NCBI GenBank assembly: GCA_026388545.1
Contig: JAPLJS010000046.1
Span: forward strand, 23,396-87,395
Length of the DNA stretch: 64,000 nt
Source of the DNA: Deltaproteobacteria bacterium
Lineage (GTDB): Bacteria; Desulfobacterota; Syntrophia; Syntrophales; UBA2185
Direction of reading: 5' to 3'
This document shows, piece after piece, positions 1 to 11,110 of the stretch. The notes beneath the pieces were generated by a model. It was given only the letters and a program-made list of their open reading frames with translations, was not told the DNA's origin and did no database searches. The position numbers were made by a program, and so were the translations under genes. Every line of letters begins with the position of its first letter. The first letter of the stretch is position 1.

Positions 1-488
1 GCAGAGCATTTCAGGTGAATGTCAGGATCCAGCCCGAGTTCTCTATCGATCTGTTCTATAACTTGTTCAATGTTTGCAGAGGGGAGATCGATCTTGTTGA
101 TAATGGGGATGATTTCGAGGTTGTGTTCCAAGGCAAGGTAGAGATTGGCTACGGTCTGTGCCTGTACGCCTTGGGCCGCATCGATCAGGAGGAGAACGCC
201 TTCGCAGGAAGCTAAGGAACGTGAGACTTCGTAAGAAAAGTCCACATGTCCCGGTGTATCGATCAGATTAAGGTTATATGTGTTTCCGTTTTTCGCCCGA
301 TAGGGGAGAGAGATGGCCTGGCTCTTTATTGTTATCCCCCGCTCCCGCTCAATATCCATTGTATCCAATATCTGGTCTTTGCAGGTGCGTGCATCACTGA
401 CTCCGGTATACTCGATAAGCCGGTCGGCGAGGGTTGACTTGCCGTGGTCAATATGGGCGATAATACTGAAATTGCGTATGTTATTCAT
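1..488 (-). CDS. lepA: Elongation factor 4 (LepA), N-terminal part; runs off the window start and is absent from the ORF track
   Basis: Manual translation from ATG at 488: [25 protein letters not shown]...[13 protein letters not shown]...[25 protein letters not shown]...NKIDLP. Confidence 0.95.
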   Translation of the reverse strand, partial: MNNIRNFSIIAHIDHGKSTLADRLIEYTGVSDARTCKDQILDTMDIERERGITIKSQAISLPYRAKNGNTYNLNLIDTPGHVDFSYEVSRSLASCEGVLLLIDAAQGVQAQTVANLYLALEHNLEIIPIINKIDLPSANIEQVIEQIDRELGLDPDIHLKCS

Positions 489-500
489 AATTTTACAGTC

Positions 501-537
501 AAAAAAGCCTCCCCGTACATACATGGAAGGCTTCTTG
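501..537 (-). terminator. Intrinsic terminator-like hairpin after adk
   Basis: Minus strand AAGCCTTCC...GGGGAGGCTT followed by a T-run. Confidence 0.55.
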
Positions 538-559
538 AGAACTTTATTACAGAGGTTTA

Positions 560-1234
560 CTATTTCAGCAATTCAAAGAGGTTCTTGGAGACCTCTTTAA
601 CGCCGGGAAGAGAATCCACCTGAATGACCGTTACTCTTTCTTTGAAGTAATTAACGGCAGCCTGTGTACCTTTTTTTATATCAAAATAGATGCTGTGTCT
701 CTTATCAATGGCCGCTTCATCCTGATCATCAGCGCGGGATAACAAGCCTTCGCGGCCGCATACCCGGCAAAACAACTTGCCATCCTTCTCTACGGGTAGG
801 TTTTCTTTAACATAAATATTATTTGGGTGGTTGTTGTCATTGGGACACAACCGCCTTCCCATGATACGCCTCTTTGCCATTTCCCTGCTGATTTCCAGCT
901 CAATAACATAATCCAACGTGATCTTTTCCTTCCGGAGCGCAGTCCAGAAGGCCTCCGCCTGAGTTATATTCCGCGGGAATCCGTCTAACAGCCATCCATT
1001 TTTGCAATCATTTTCTTTCAGGCGGTTCAGAAGCATGGGTATGGTGACATCATCGGGAACCAGTTCACCCTTATCAATGTAGGCCTTTGCCTCTTTTCCC
1101 AACGCCGTCCCTTTCGAGATGTTCTCTCTGAAAATCACCCCTGTTTCTACCTGCGGCATTCCAAACCTTTCGCACAGGATCGCTCCAAATGTCCCCTTAC
1201 CGCTGCCATTCGGTCCAAACATAAGAATATTCAT
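560..1234 (-). CDS. adk: Adenylate kinase with metal-binding LID
   Basis: [10 protein letters not shown]-loop, [17 protein letters not shown] has C-x5-H-x19-C-x2-C. Confidence 0.95.
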   Translation of the reverse strand: MNILMFGPNGSGKGTFGAILCERFGMPQVETGVIFRENISKGTALGKEAKAYIDKGELVPDDVTIPMLLNRLKENDCKNGWLLDGFPRNITQAEAFWTALRKEKITLDYVIELEISREMAKRRIMGRRLCPNDNNHPNNIYVKENLPVEKDGKLFCRVCGREGLLSRADDQDEAAIDKRHSIYFDIKKGTQAAVNYFKERVTVIQVDSLPGVKEVSKNLFELLK

Positions 1235-1424
1235 TGTATTCGTCTCTTTCTGAAAAATATTTTTTCACGTATCGAAAAACTGTTCCTTTGTCATTTCAAC
1301 TGAAACAAGAAATTGTAAATGACGTTAGGCTCATTTTTTCAAAGCTTACATTTTAAGATGTGATGCTTATAGTAAATTACGGTTTTTTTTACAATGAAAA
1401 AATATTGCCAGTCATTTCGTTGAA

Positions 1425-1439
1425 GTGGCAACCTGCCAC
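1425..1439 (-). promoter_or_regulatory. Candidate bacterial SECIS hairpin
   Basis: Minus strand GTGGCA-GGT-TGCCAC; apical loop begins with G, 24 nt after the in-frame TGA. Confidence 0.7.
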
Positions 1440-1445
1440 ACGTAA

Positions 1446-1661
1446 TTAATGCGAGCCTCATGATCCACAGGATGTCGCCGCACAGGACGAGCAGCTTGCC
1501 GATGAAGTACTGCCAACCTTTCCGCCGAATATCGACATTAACTTCTCTGTCTTTTTTGATTTGCATGCGGGGCAGGATACTGCAAGGCTTTCATTGCTGG
1601 ATCTGAATAATATCTCAAAAACGTTGCTGCATTTTTTGCATTTAAATTCGTAAATAGGCAT
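1446..1661 (-). CDS. FmdB-family zinc-ribbon protein, probable selenoprotein (TGA at 1458-1460 read as Sec; true stop TAA at 1446-1448)
   Basis: MPIYEFKCKKC...CPACKS N-terminus; C-terminus CSSCAATSCGS-TGA-GSH-TAA completes a second CxxC as CxxU; hairpin downstream. Confidence 0.85.
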
Positions 1662-1828
1662 ATTTCACTCTTTTGTTTATGATCTTTCTATTTTCAAACC
1701 TTAGACACTGAACGCCTAAAAGTCAAGGGTATAAAGACAAATTGAGGTTACTCTGTTGGTTCATGTCTCTGCCTTCTACCAACATGGCATTACCCTGAAT
1801 TGAACCATATTCTTTTATTCCTCAAACA

Positions 1829-1950
1829 TGTATCAATCTTTCGAATATGCATGGGAACGATCACTAATCGTTAGTGACATAAGGTAATCAGTAGGCATCC
1901 CTGATTATGTCTGACAGATAGCGTCAATCTATTTATTTTCTTCTGTAGTC
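1829..1950 (+). repeat. ~120-bp direct repeat, copy 1
   Basis: 1829-1937 aligns without gaps to 3839-3947 with 8 mismatches; tails both end ...CTGTAGTC. Confidence 0.95.
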
Positions 1951-2029
1951 ACCGTTTGACATAACCCAAAGGAAAGCGTAGATTACATTCAATATTCCCC
2001 CTCTGTGCCGGAGGATCTTGATTTAAAAC

Positions 2030-3727
2030 ATGTTCGTTCCAACAACAAGCGAGGAATTAAAAAAATTAAAGTGGGACAAGCTTGATGTAATTCTCGTTAC
2101 CGGAGATACTTACATTGACAGCCCTTTTATCGGTGTTTCCTTAATTGGCAATGTTCTTGCCGGCGCGGGATATCGTGTGGGAATCATCGCCCAACCTGAT
2201 ATTCATAGCGATATTGATATCTGCCGGTTGGGAGAACCTCGCCTATTCTGGGGAATCACCGGCGGTTGTATGGATTCTCTGGTCGCCAACTATACAGCTA
2301 CCAGGAAAAAAAGGCTGACCGATGACTTGACCGCGGGAGGGAAAAATAACCGCCGCCCCGATCGCGCTGTGGTTGTCTATTCCAATCTCATCCGGCAGTA
2401 TTTTAAAAATACCAAACCGCTGGTGCTGGGCGGGGTAGAGTCAAGTCTGCGCCGCATCGCCCATTATGATTTCTGGTCTGATTCTATCCGCCGGTCGATT
2501 CTGTTTGATGCCCGTGCTGATATTCTTATCTATGGCATGGCCGAAAAGGCTATTCTTGAACTGGCGAAAAAACTAAACAGCGGACAGGAGACAAAAGACA
2601 TTCGCGGCACTTGCTATATTTCATCAGCTCCACAGCCCGATTACACCGAATTACCCGCCTACGAGGAAGTTGTTACAAATAAAAAATCTTTCATGAAAAT
2701 GTTCGATACATTTTATCACAATAATGATCCGTTGACCGCGAAAGGTTTGTTTCAGCAGCACGGCCCGCGTTACCTTGTGCAAAACCCGCCGCAACCAGCT
2801 TTGACTGTGGCTGAATTAGATCTATTATACGCTCTTGATTTCGCCCGCGATGTTCACCCTTATTACCGGACCTGGGGCAAAGTACGGGCAATGGAAACCA
2901 TTAAATTTTCGATAACGACTCATCGCGGTTGTTTTGGTGAGTGCAATTTCTGTTCGATCGGTCTTCATGAAGGAAGAACTATAATCAGCCGCAGTGAGAA
3001 ATCAATACTTGACGAGGCGAAAAAAATTACTGAGCTGCCCGATTTTAAAGGTTACATTCTGGATGCCGGCGGTTCCACAGCGAATATGTATGGTATTGAT
3101 TGCCGGCGCAAGCAGACTCAAGGCGCCTGCCAGGACAAGAGATGTCTTTATCCGCAAGTATGTGCGTCCTTGAAAGCTGATCACAGCCGCCAGATTAATT
3201 TACTCGAACGCCTGCGTAAGATCAAAGGCGTCAAAAAAGTATTTGTAGCATCCGGTATCAGATACGATTTGCTTTTCAGCGATAAGAAGCATTGCGCAAG
3301 TTACATGCAGGGGCTGATCAAACATCATATTTCCGGCCAGTTGAAGGTGGCGCCGGAACATACTGCTCCACGTGTCCTGAAGCTGATGGGTAAGCCGCAG
3401 GCTAAGTCATTGACAGACTTCAAACAGCTTTTTGAAAAAATGACTGAATCATCAGAGCAGAAACAATTTCTTACTTATTACTTTATTGCTGCCCATCCGG
3501 GATGCGAAGAAGAAGATATGCGCGAACTTAAATCTTTCGCCACCAGAGAGCTGAAAATTAATCCGCAGCAGATACAGATATTTACACCACTTCCTTCCAC
3601 TTATTCCGGGCTGATGTATTTTACCGGAATTGATCCCTTTACCGGCAGGAAGATTTTCGTGGAAAAGAATATCGCGAAAAAACAGAGGCAAAAAGATATT
3701 GTTGTTGGAAGAAAAGTTAGCAAATAG
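2030..3727 (+). CDS. YgiQ-family radical SAM protein
   Basis: LDVILVTGDTYIDSP, RGCFGECNFC (CxxxCxxC), GQLKVAPEH, YFIAAHPG. Confidence 0.92.
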   Translation: MFVPTTSEELKKLKWDKLDVILVTGDTYIDSPFIGVSLIGNVLAGAGYRVGIIAQPDIHSDIDICRLGEPRLFWGITGGCMDSLVANYTATRKKRLTDDLTAGGKNNRRPDRAVVVYSNLIRQYFKNTKPLVLGGVESSLRRIAHYDFWSDSIRRSILFDARADILIYGMAEKAILELAKKLNSGQETKDIRGTCYISSAPQPDYTELPAYEEVVTNKKSFMKMFDTFYHNNDPLTAKGLFQQHGPRYLVQNPPQPALTVAELDLLYALDFARDVHPYYRTWGKVRAMETIKFSITTHRGCFGECNFCSIGLHEGRTIISRSEKSILDEAKKITELPDFKGYILDAGGSTANMYGIDCRRKQTQGACQDKRCLYPQVCASLKADHSRQINLLERLRKIKGVKKVFVASGIRYDLLFSDKKHCASYMQGLIKHHISGQLKVAPEHTAPRVLKLMGKPQAKSLTDFKQLFEKMTESSEQKQFLTYYFIAAHPGCEEEDMRELKSFATRELKINPQQIQIFTPLPSTYSGLMYFTGIDPFTGRKIFVEKNIAKKQRQKDIVVGRKVSK

Positions 3728-3738
3728 GATTAGATCGT

Positions 3739-3838
3739 TTGACAACTTCGTAAAAAGTCAAATAGCATCAAGAACATCATTCCGGCGAACACCCTGATAA
3801 CCTGAAGGTTACGCGAGGGCACGAGAGCCGGAATCCAG
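3739..3838 (+). repeat. Truncated MITE-like end (TGACAACTTCGTAAAAAGTC) plus REP-like palindrome TCATTCCGGC...GCCGGAATCCAG
   Basis: End motif matches the TIR at 42699; the palindrome arms flank an inner hairpin. Confidence 0.6.
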
Positions 3839-3964
3839 TGTATCAATTTTTCGAATATGCATGTGAACGACCAGCAATCGTTAGTGACATCAGTTAATCA
3901 GTAGACATCCCTGATTATGTCTGACAGATAGCGTCAATCTATTTATTGTTTTCTTCCTGTAGTC
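3839..3964 (+). repeat. ~120-bp direct repeat, copy 2
   Basis: Matches 1829-1950 at offset 2010. Confidence 0.95.
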
Positions 3965-4048
3965 TTGTTTTTGGCAATTTTCTTCAGAATGCAACATTTC
4001 AAATGAAACTCAGCAATGTAAGGCAAATTACGGAATCGAATTTTCCCT

Positions 4049-4077
4049 TTGACTGTCCGTGCAGATGAGAGTATGGT
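4049..4077 (+). promoter_or_regulatory. Sigma70-like promoter for the MBL-fold gene
   Basis: TTGACT-17 nt-TATGGT. Confidence 0.55.
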
Positions 4078-4119
4078 TTACTATCCCTAATTAATCTAAC
4101 AACCTAACATCTAGCCTTT

Positions 4120-4204
4120 TGGAGTGTGGTATGAGAGCGTGCTTCCGAAAGGTACCAATATGAAGCCTCCACGGGGACATCAATGTCCTTATGGGGGCTT
4201 TTCT
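4120..4204 (+). promoter_or_regulatory. Structured 5' leader with terminator-like hairpin (attenuator or riboswitch candidate)
   Basis: Stem 4163-4178/4185-4200 followed by TTCT; upstream TGGAG can pair with CTCCA in the stem's left arm. Confidence 0.45.
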
Positions 4205-4242
4205 GTATCTGATTTTTGTGAATTCAAAATTGGAGGTGGGTT

Positions 4243-5286
4243 ATGAAAGACGGAATGGACCGCAGAGAATTTCTGAAGTTTTCCATCGCAACGGGTGTGC
4301 TTATCGCGGCAGGAGATGAAATAATAGAAAGCGTGATGGCACAGGCTAACAGGGGAGTCACCGAAGTAGATAAGTTGACTGTTTGGGTGGTGACGGACAA
4401 TTACTATGATGCGAATAGACGGGACAGCAAGATCACGAAGAGGTACCGTGTGGGGCCCGGCAAGTCGATCCACGCCGAACACGGGCTCTCTTTTTATTTG
4501 GAGACGGTGGTCAACGGGAAGAAGAGCACCTGCATGTACGATTATGGACTCTACCCGGTGGGCGTGATGAATAACATAGCATTGCTGGGTCTTGACATTG
4601 GAAAGACAAATGCCTTCAGCCTGAGCCATGGCCATTATGATCACTTTATGGGTGCAGTCAGTATCCTGAAACAGAATCAGTCACGGATCGCCGGAGGGAC
4701 GCCATTCTATGTAGGTGAGGAGGCTTTTGCGCGGAGATACAAGCTCAATCCCGGAGCAACTGAGCTTGCAGATATCGGACAGCTGAGGAAAGAAGATATC
4801 GAAGCTCTGGGGCTGAAGGTTGTGGAGGTGAAAACCCCGATAGAGATCGTCCCCGGCGCATACTTTACCGGGAAAATCGAGCGAGTTACAGCCTATGAGA
4901 AAGCGCCGACGAACTTAAAAATAAAGCGCGGCGAAAAGATCGAGAACGATACTTTTCCGGGTGAACAAGGTCTCTTCTTCAATATAAAAGGAAAAGGCCT
5001 GGTGGTTCTTTCCGGTTGTGCGCATGCAGGGATCGTTAATACAGTCAAACAGGCGCAAAAAGTTGCTGGCATAGACAAGGTCCACACGGTAATGGGAGGT
5101 TTTCATCTCATTAATGCGAAGCCTGAGGTCATCCAGAATACGGTGGCCGATATAAAAGCGATGAAGCCGGACTATATCCTGCCGACCCATTGCACTGGAT
5201 TCGAAGCAATCGTATCCTTCAGCAGGGAGATGCCGAACGAATTCATTCTTAATACTGCTGGAACCAAGTATTCCTTTGGGGCGTAA
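4243..5286 (+). CDS. Metallo-beta-lactamase-fold hydrolase (COG1237-like) with twin-arginine signal peptide
   Basis: MDRREFLK Tat motif; HAEHGLS, SHGHYDH, SGCAHAG, GGFHL, PTHCTG. Confidence 0.88.
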   Translation: MKDGMDRREFLKFSIATGVLIAAGDEIIESVMAQANRGVTEVDKLTVWVVTDNYYDANRRDSKITKRYRVGPGKSIHAEHGLSFYLETVVNGKKSTCMYDYGLYPVGVMNNIALLGLDIGKTNAFSLSHGHYDHFMGAVSILKQNQSRIAGGTPFYVGEEAFARRYKLNPGATELADIGQLRKEDIEALGLKVVEVKTPIEIVPGAYFTGKIERVTAYEKAPTNLKIKRGEKIENDTFPGEQGLFFNIKGKGLVVLSGCAHAGIVNTVKQAQKVAGIDKVHTVMGGFHLINAKPEVIQNTVADIKAMKPDYILPTHCTGFEAIVSFSREMPNEFILNTAGTKYSFGA

Positions 5287-5414
5287 GCGTCAAAACGGGA
5301 TATAGGCGTATTCCGCGCCAAGGGTCAGCAAAGGGGGCAAGAACTGGTCAACTTCGGCTAAAAGGCTGATGCGATACAGAGGGTAGGATCGTGGACCATA
5401 ATGAAAACCAAGAA

Positions 5415-5456
5415 AGGGGGATAGGCAATTTCTCGATAAGAACAGCCTGTCTCCCT
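5415..5456. repeat. REP-like inverted repeat
   Basis: AGGGGGATAGGC...GCCTGTCTCCCT. Confidence 0.4.
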
Positions 5457-5809
5457 CGGGTACCTCTTACCTAAGTCACATTGCCTTTCTCACTTTCCAA
5501 TGGAAATGAACAAATCTTGATGTGCTATTGACCCGCTCTTTGTAGGTGGATACAGCGATTTTAAATAGCAACCCGATGTGAAAAATGTTGAAGGGAATAT
5601 TTCTTGACTGTAAGTGTAATTTCTTGAACCAGGGATACTATAAGCCATTGAACTCGATATTGATTTAAAGAAACGTGGACCGGAACATCCATGTCCTGAA
5701 CTTCATAAAAAAGTCTTCAATTCAGTATTTTCTTAAAGAAGACGTAACTTCGCAATCGTAATACTTCCAAATAAACCCGAAGGGTGCAATCAGAAAATCC
5801 GAAACATTC

Positions 5810-5926
5810 CTGGATTCAATCTTTAGCAGGTATGACTGGGAGGTGGCTATATTTCTGAATTCTCGCCTTTGCGGGAATCACAGGGAGGCGGATAGATTTG
5901 TAGTTTCCTGCCTGTGCGAGAAAGAC
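5810..5926. repeat. Three degenerate REP-like palindromes at a 45-bp period
   Basis: 27-nt units at 5810, 5855 and 5900 resembling CTGGATTCCCGCCTTCGCGGGAATGAC, separated by similar 18-nt linkers. Confidence 0.65.
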
Positions 5927-6069
5927 AAGGGAATGATTGGAAATGACTGTATTTAAGCATTTAGTAGCCGGAGCAATAATTTGAGGCAATTCGTCATATT
6001 GACGTAACAGGCATGCTGTGTTAATGACCTGCGAGATACATTGCATTCGCATGCGTTGAGGAGTTCATT

Positions 6070-7251
6070 ATGCCTATTTCCAGAAAAGTGCACGGATATA
6101 TTTCTCAGTCTTCATGGATCAGAAAGATGTTTGAGGAGGGGAACCTCTTAAAGAAGCAATACGGGGCCGGGAATGTATTTGATTTCAGCCTCGGTAATCC
6201 AAGCGTCGAGCCACCGGTTGAGTTTAAGGAAACGCTCCGCAAGATTGCAGGAGAGGATCTTCCCGGCATTCATGGATATATGTCAAATGCGGGATACCTG
6301 GAGACGAGAGAGGCTATTGCCGCGTCTGTCAGCAAAGAACACGGTATGTCTCTGAATGCCGATCACGTTATTGTAACCTGCGGCGCAGCAGGGGCGCTCA
6401 ATGTGATTTGTAAGGATTTCCTTTAGCCGGGCGACGAGGTTCTTATTCCCACGCCATGTTTCCTGGAATACCGGTTTTATGTCGATAACGCAAACGGCGT
6501 TGCAACATTCGTAAAGACAAAAGCCGATTTTTCCCTCGATCTCAATGCGATACGAGATGCTCTTACGGAAAAGACAAAGATATTCCTCATCAATTCTCCC
6601 AATAATCCGACGGGGAAAGTGTACGATGAAGCATCGATACGAGGGCTTGCTGAACTTTTGGAAGAGAGGAGCAGGGCATACGGCAGGGATATTTACCTTG
6701 TATCAGACGAGCCCTACAGAGATATTGTCTATGACGGCGTCACGGTCCCGAGCTTATTGAAGGCCTATAGAAACAGCATGATTGCCACTTCCTATTCGAA
6801 AAGTCTTTCCCTTGCCGGTGAAAGGATTGGATATTTAGCGGTAAATCCGGGCATATCCGATTTTGAAGAGGTTATGAGCGGCCTGATTCTGTACAACAGG
6901 ACTCTCGGTTTTGTCAATGCCCCTGCACTTATGCAGAGGGTAATAGCAAAGATACAGGGCGTGAAGATTAATGTGGGGGAATACTGGAGGAAGAGAGAGC
7001 TCCTCTGCGACGGCCTTTCATCCTTAGGTTATGAATTTTCAAGGCCGGATGGGAGCTTTTACCTCTTTCCCAGGACACCGATTGAAGATGATATTGAATT
7101 TGTCAGGGCGTTGCAGAAGAGGCGAATACTGACGGTTCCCGGCAGCGGTTTCGGAGGGCCGGGGTATTTCAGGATTGCATTTTGTGTTGATGATGCCACC
7201 ATCATAAATTCAATGGAGGGTTTTGGAGAGACGTTTACGGAATACCGTTAG
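6070..7251 (+). pseudogene. Class I PLP aminotransferase (aspartate aminotransferase family) interrupted by one in-frame TAG at 6424-6426
   Basis: Track ORFs 6070-6426 and 6619-7251 share a frame; sequence reads ...ICKDFL*PGDEVLIP...INSPNNPTG...SDEPY...SYSKSLSLAGERIG. Confidence 0.8.
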
Positions 7252-7520
7252 GTGATAATGCGAAAGTCCCGGAATTCTCCGGTATAGGTTTGCTCGCTCG
7301 CTTCGAGTTCATTGACAATAGCGTGCGGTGGTCCTTTTTTACACCATTCCAGCATTGACTGAACATTTGTATCTTCCCCTTCAAAGACGATTTCAACTCT
7401 GCCATCGGGAAGATTTCTTACCCATCCGGTTAGTTTTAAAGCCAGGGCGGTCTCTCTGGTATATGCCCGGAAGAAGACGCCCTGGACCCTCCCGGAAACG
7501 ATAACGTGCATCCTATTCAT
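7248..7520 (-). CDS. acyP: Acylphosphatase
   Basis: VSGRVQGVFFR, GWVRNLPDGRVE. Confidence 0.93.
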   Translation of the reverse strand: MNRMHVIVSGRVQGVFFRAYTRETALALKLTGWVRNLPDGRVEIVFEGEDTNVQSMLEWCKKGPPHAIVNELEASEQTYTGEFRDFRIIT

Positions 7521-7536
7521 TTCTTTACTTCTTGCC

Positions 7537-9975
<2,439 letters not shown>

Positions 9976-10010
9976 GATTACGATTACCTTTTATTGGATT
10001 TTTTAAATAG

Positions 10011-11045
10011 TTACGATAGCTTTGAAAGAGAGGATTGAAGATTTTCTTTCTTTTTTTGAAGGCCGAGTTTACTTCTTATATTTTTCCTGTGAAAATCAAC
10101 GGTCCTTCCGGAGACATTCAGCAACGCTGCTATGTCTTTGCTGATCTTTCCCTCTTTGATAAGATTCGCGACCTGAATTTCCTTGGAAGTAAGGTTTAGA
10201 TATTTTGAGGACAACGTTTGTGAAAACGAAGATGTAATATTTTTAAGATTTGATTCGATGATATTTACGTATACTGCGGCTTTGGTTTCTTTTAAAATGG
10301 TCTTTTTCAATTTTTTAATATGGGGCATAATGAGGTTCTTGATATTTGCCATTACCCACTCTTCGAGAGATTTTTTATCTGCTTGCCTCTGGTTGAGCAA
10401 AACTTTCAGGGCGGTATTGAATTCCTCAAGCTTCTGGGATTTGAGCTCCAAATTCACCTCTGTGCGCTTACGCTCTTCAATTTCTTCACTCAGTTGACGG
10501 TTTTTCAGCAAGAGTTCGGTAGTTCGCTCCTCTACCATCAATTCTAAATTCTCGTTTGCTTGCCGCAGGGCCTCTTCTGCTTGCCGTTGTTCCGACAATG
10601 TTGCAGTTAGTCGGGAAATCAGGTATTTTTCATTGTCTTTTTTTTTCTTCAACTCTACATGTGTACGGACCCTGGCAAGTAATTCAGCAGAGTTAAAGGG
10701 TTTTGTCACATAATCCACAGCTCCTGCATCGAATCCCTTCACGATGTCTTCAATTTCATCCTTCACGGTTAGAAATATGACGGGAATGTCCATTGTGCTC
10801 GCTAATCCCTTCAATGTTCTACAGACTTCAAAACCATCCATTCCGGGCATCATTACATCCAAAAGAATAAGATCGGGCAAAATCTTCTCGACATTATCCA
10901 AAGCCTGTCTACCGTTCATGGCAACCACGGTCTGATATCCTTCCATGCTGAGGGCCGTCGCCATGATTTGAATCTCTATCCGGGTGTCATCAACAATCAA
11001 AACAATTGGTCGTTTCGGTTCTGAAGGAATACAATCATTGTTCAT
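10011..11045 (-). CDS. Response regulator: REC, coiled coil and LuxR-type HTH
   Basis: LIVDD, LLDVMMP, DYVTKPF; LTSKEIQVANLIKEGKISKDIA..TVDFHRKNIRSKLG. Confidence 0.9.
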   Translation of the reverse strand: MNNDCIPSEPKRPIVLIVDDTRIEIQIMATALSMEGYQTVVAMNGRQALDNVEKILPDLILLDVMMPGMDGFEVCRTLKGLASTMDIPVIFLTVKDEIEDIVKGFDAGAVDYVTKPFNSAELLARVRTHVELKKKKDNEKYLISRLTATLSEQRQAEEALRQANENLELMVEERTTELLLKNRQLSEEIEERKRTEVNLELKSQKLEEFNTALKVLLNQRQADKKSLEEWVMANIKNLIMPHIKKLKKTILKETKAAVYVNIIESNLKNITSSFSQTLSSKYLNLTSKEIQVANLIKEGKISKDIAALLNVSGRTVDFHRKNIRSKLGLQKKKENLQSSLSKLS

Positions 11046-11110
11046 CGTTTAACGGCTCCTCGAACATATTACCATTTTCTTCACTTTATTGTGCTCCATA
11101 TTCGGCATAA

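Noticed and set aside
15..600. Plus-strand track ORFs 15-215, 246-437 and 313-600
   Set aside because: Antisense shadows of lepA on the minus strand
1324..1330. GTTAGGC as an integron attC/attI core
   Set aside because: No matching RYYYAAC arm forming an attC, no array and no integrase
5810..5926. CRISPR array (27-nt palindromic units at regular spacing)
   Set aside because: Only three divergent units, the 18-nt spacers resemble each other, and there are no cas genes; better explained as tandem REP-like repeats
6424..6426. Genome-wide TAG reassignment
   Set aside because: TAG terminates conserved genes at their expected ends in this window (secA, rpsB, pyrH, rel)
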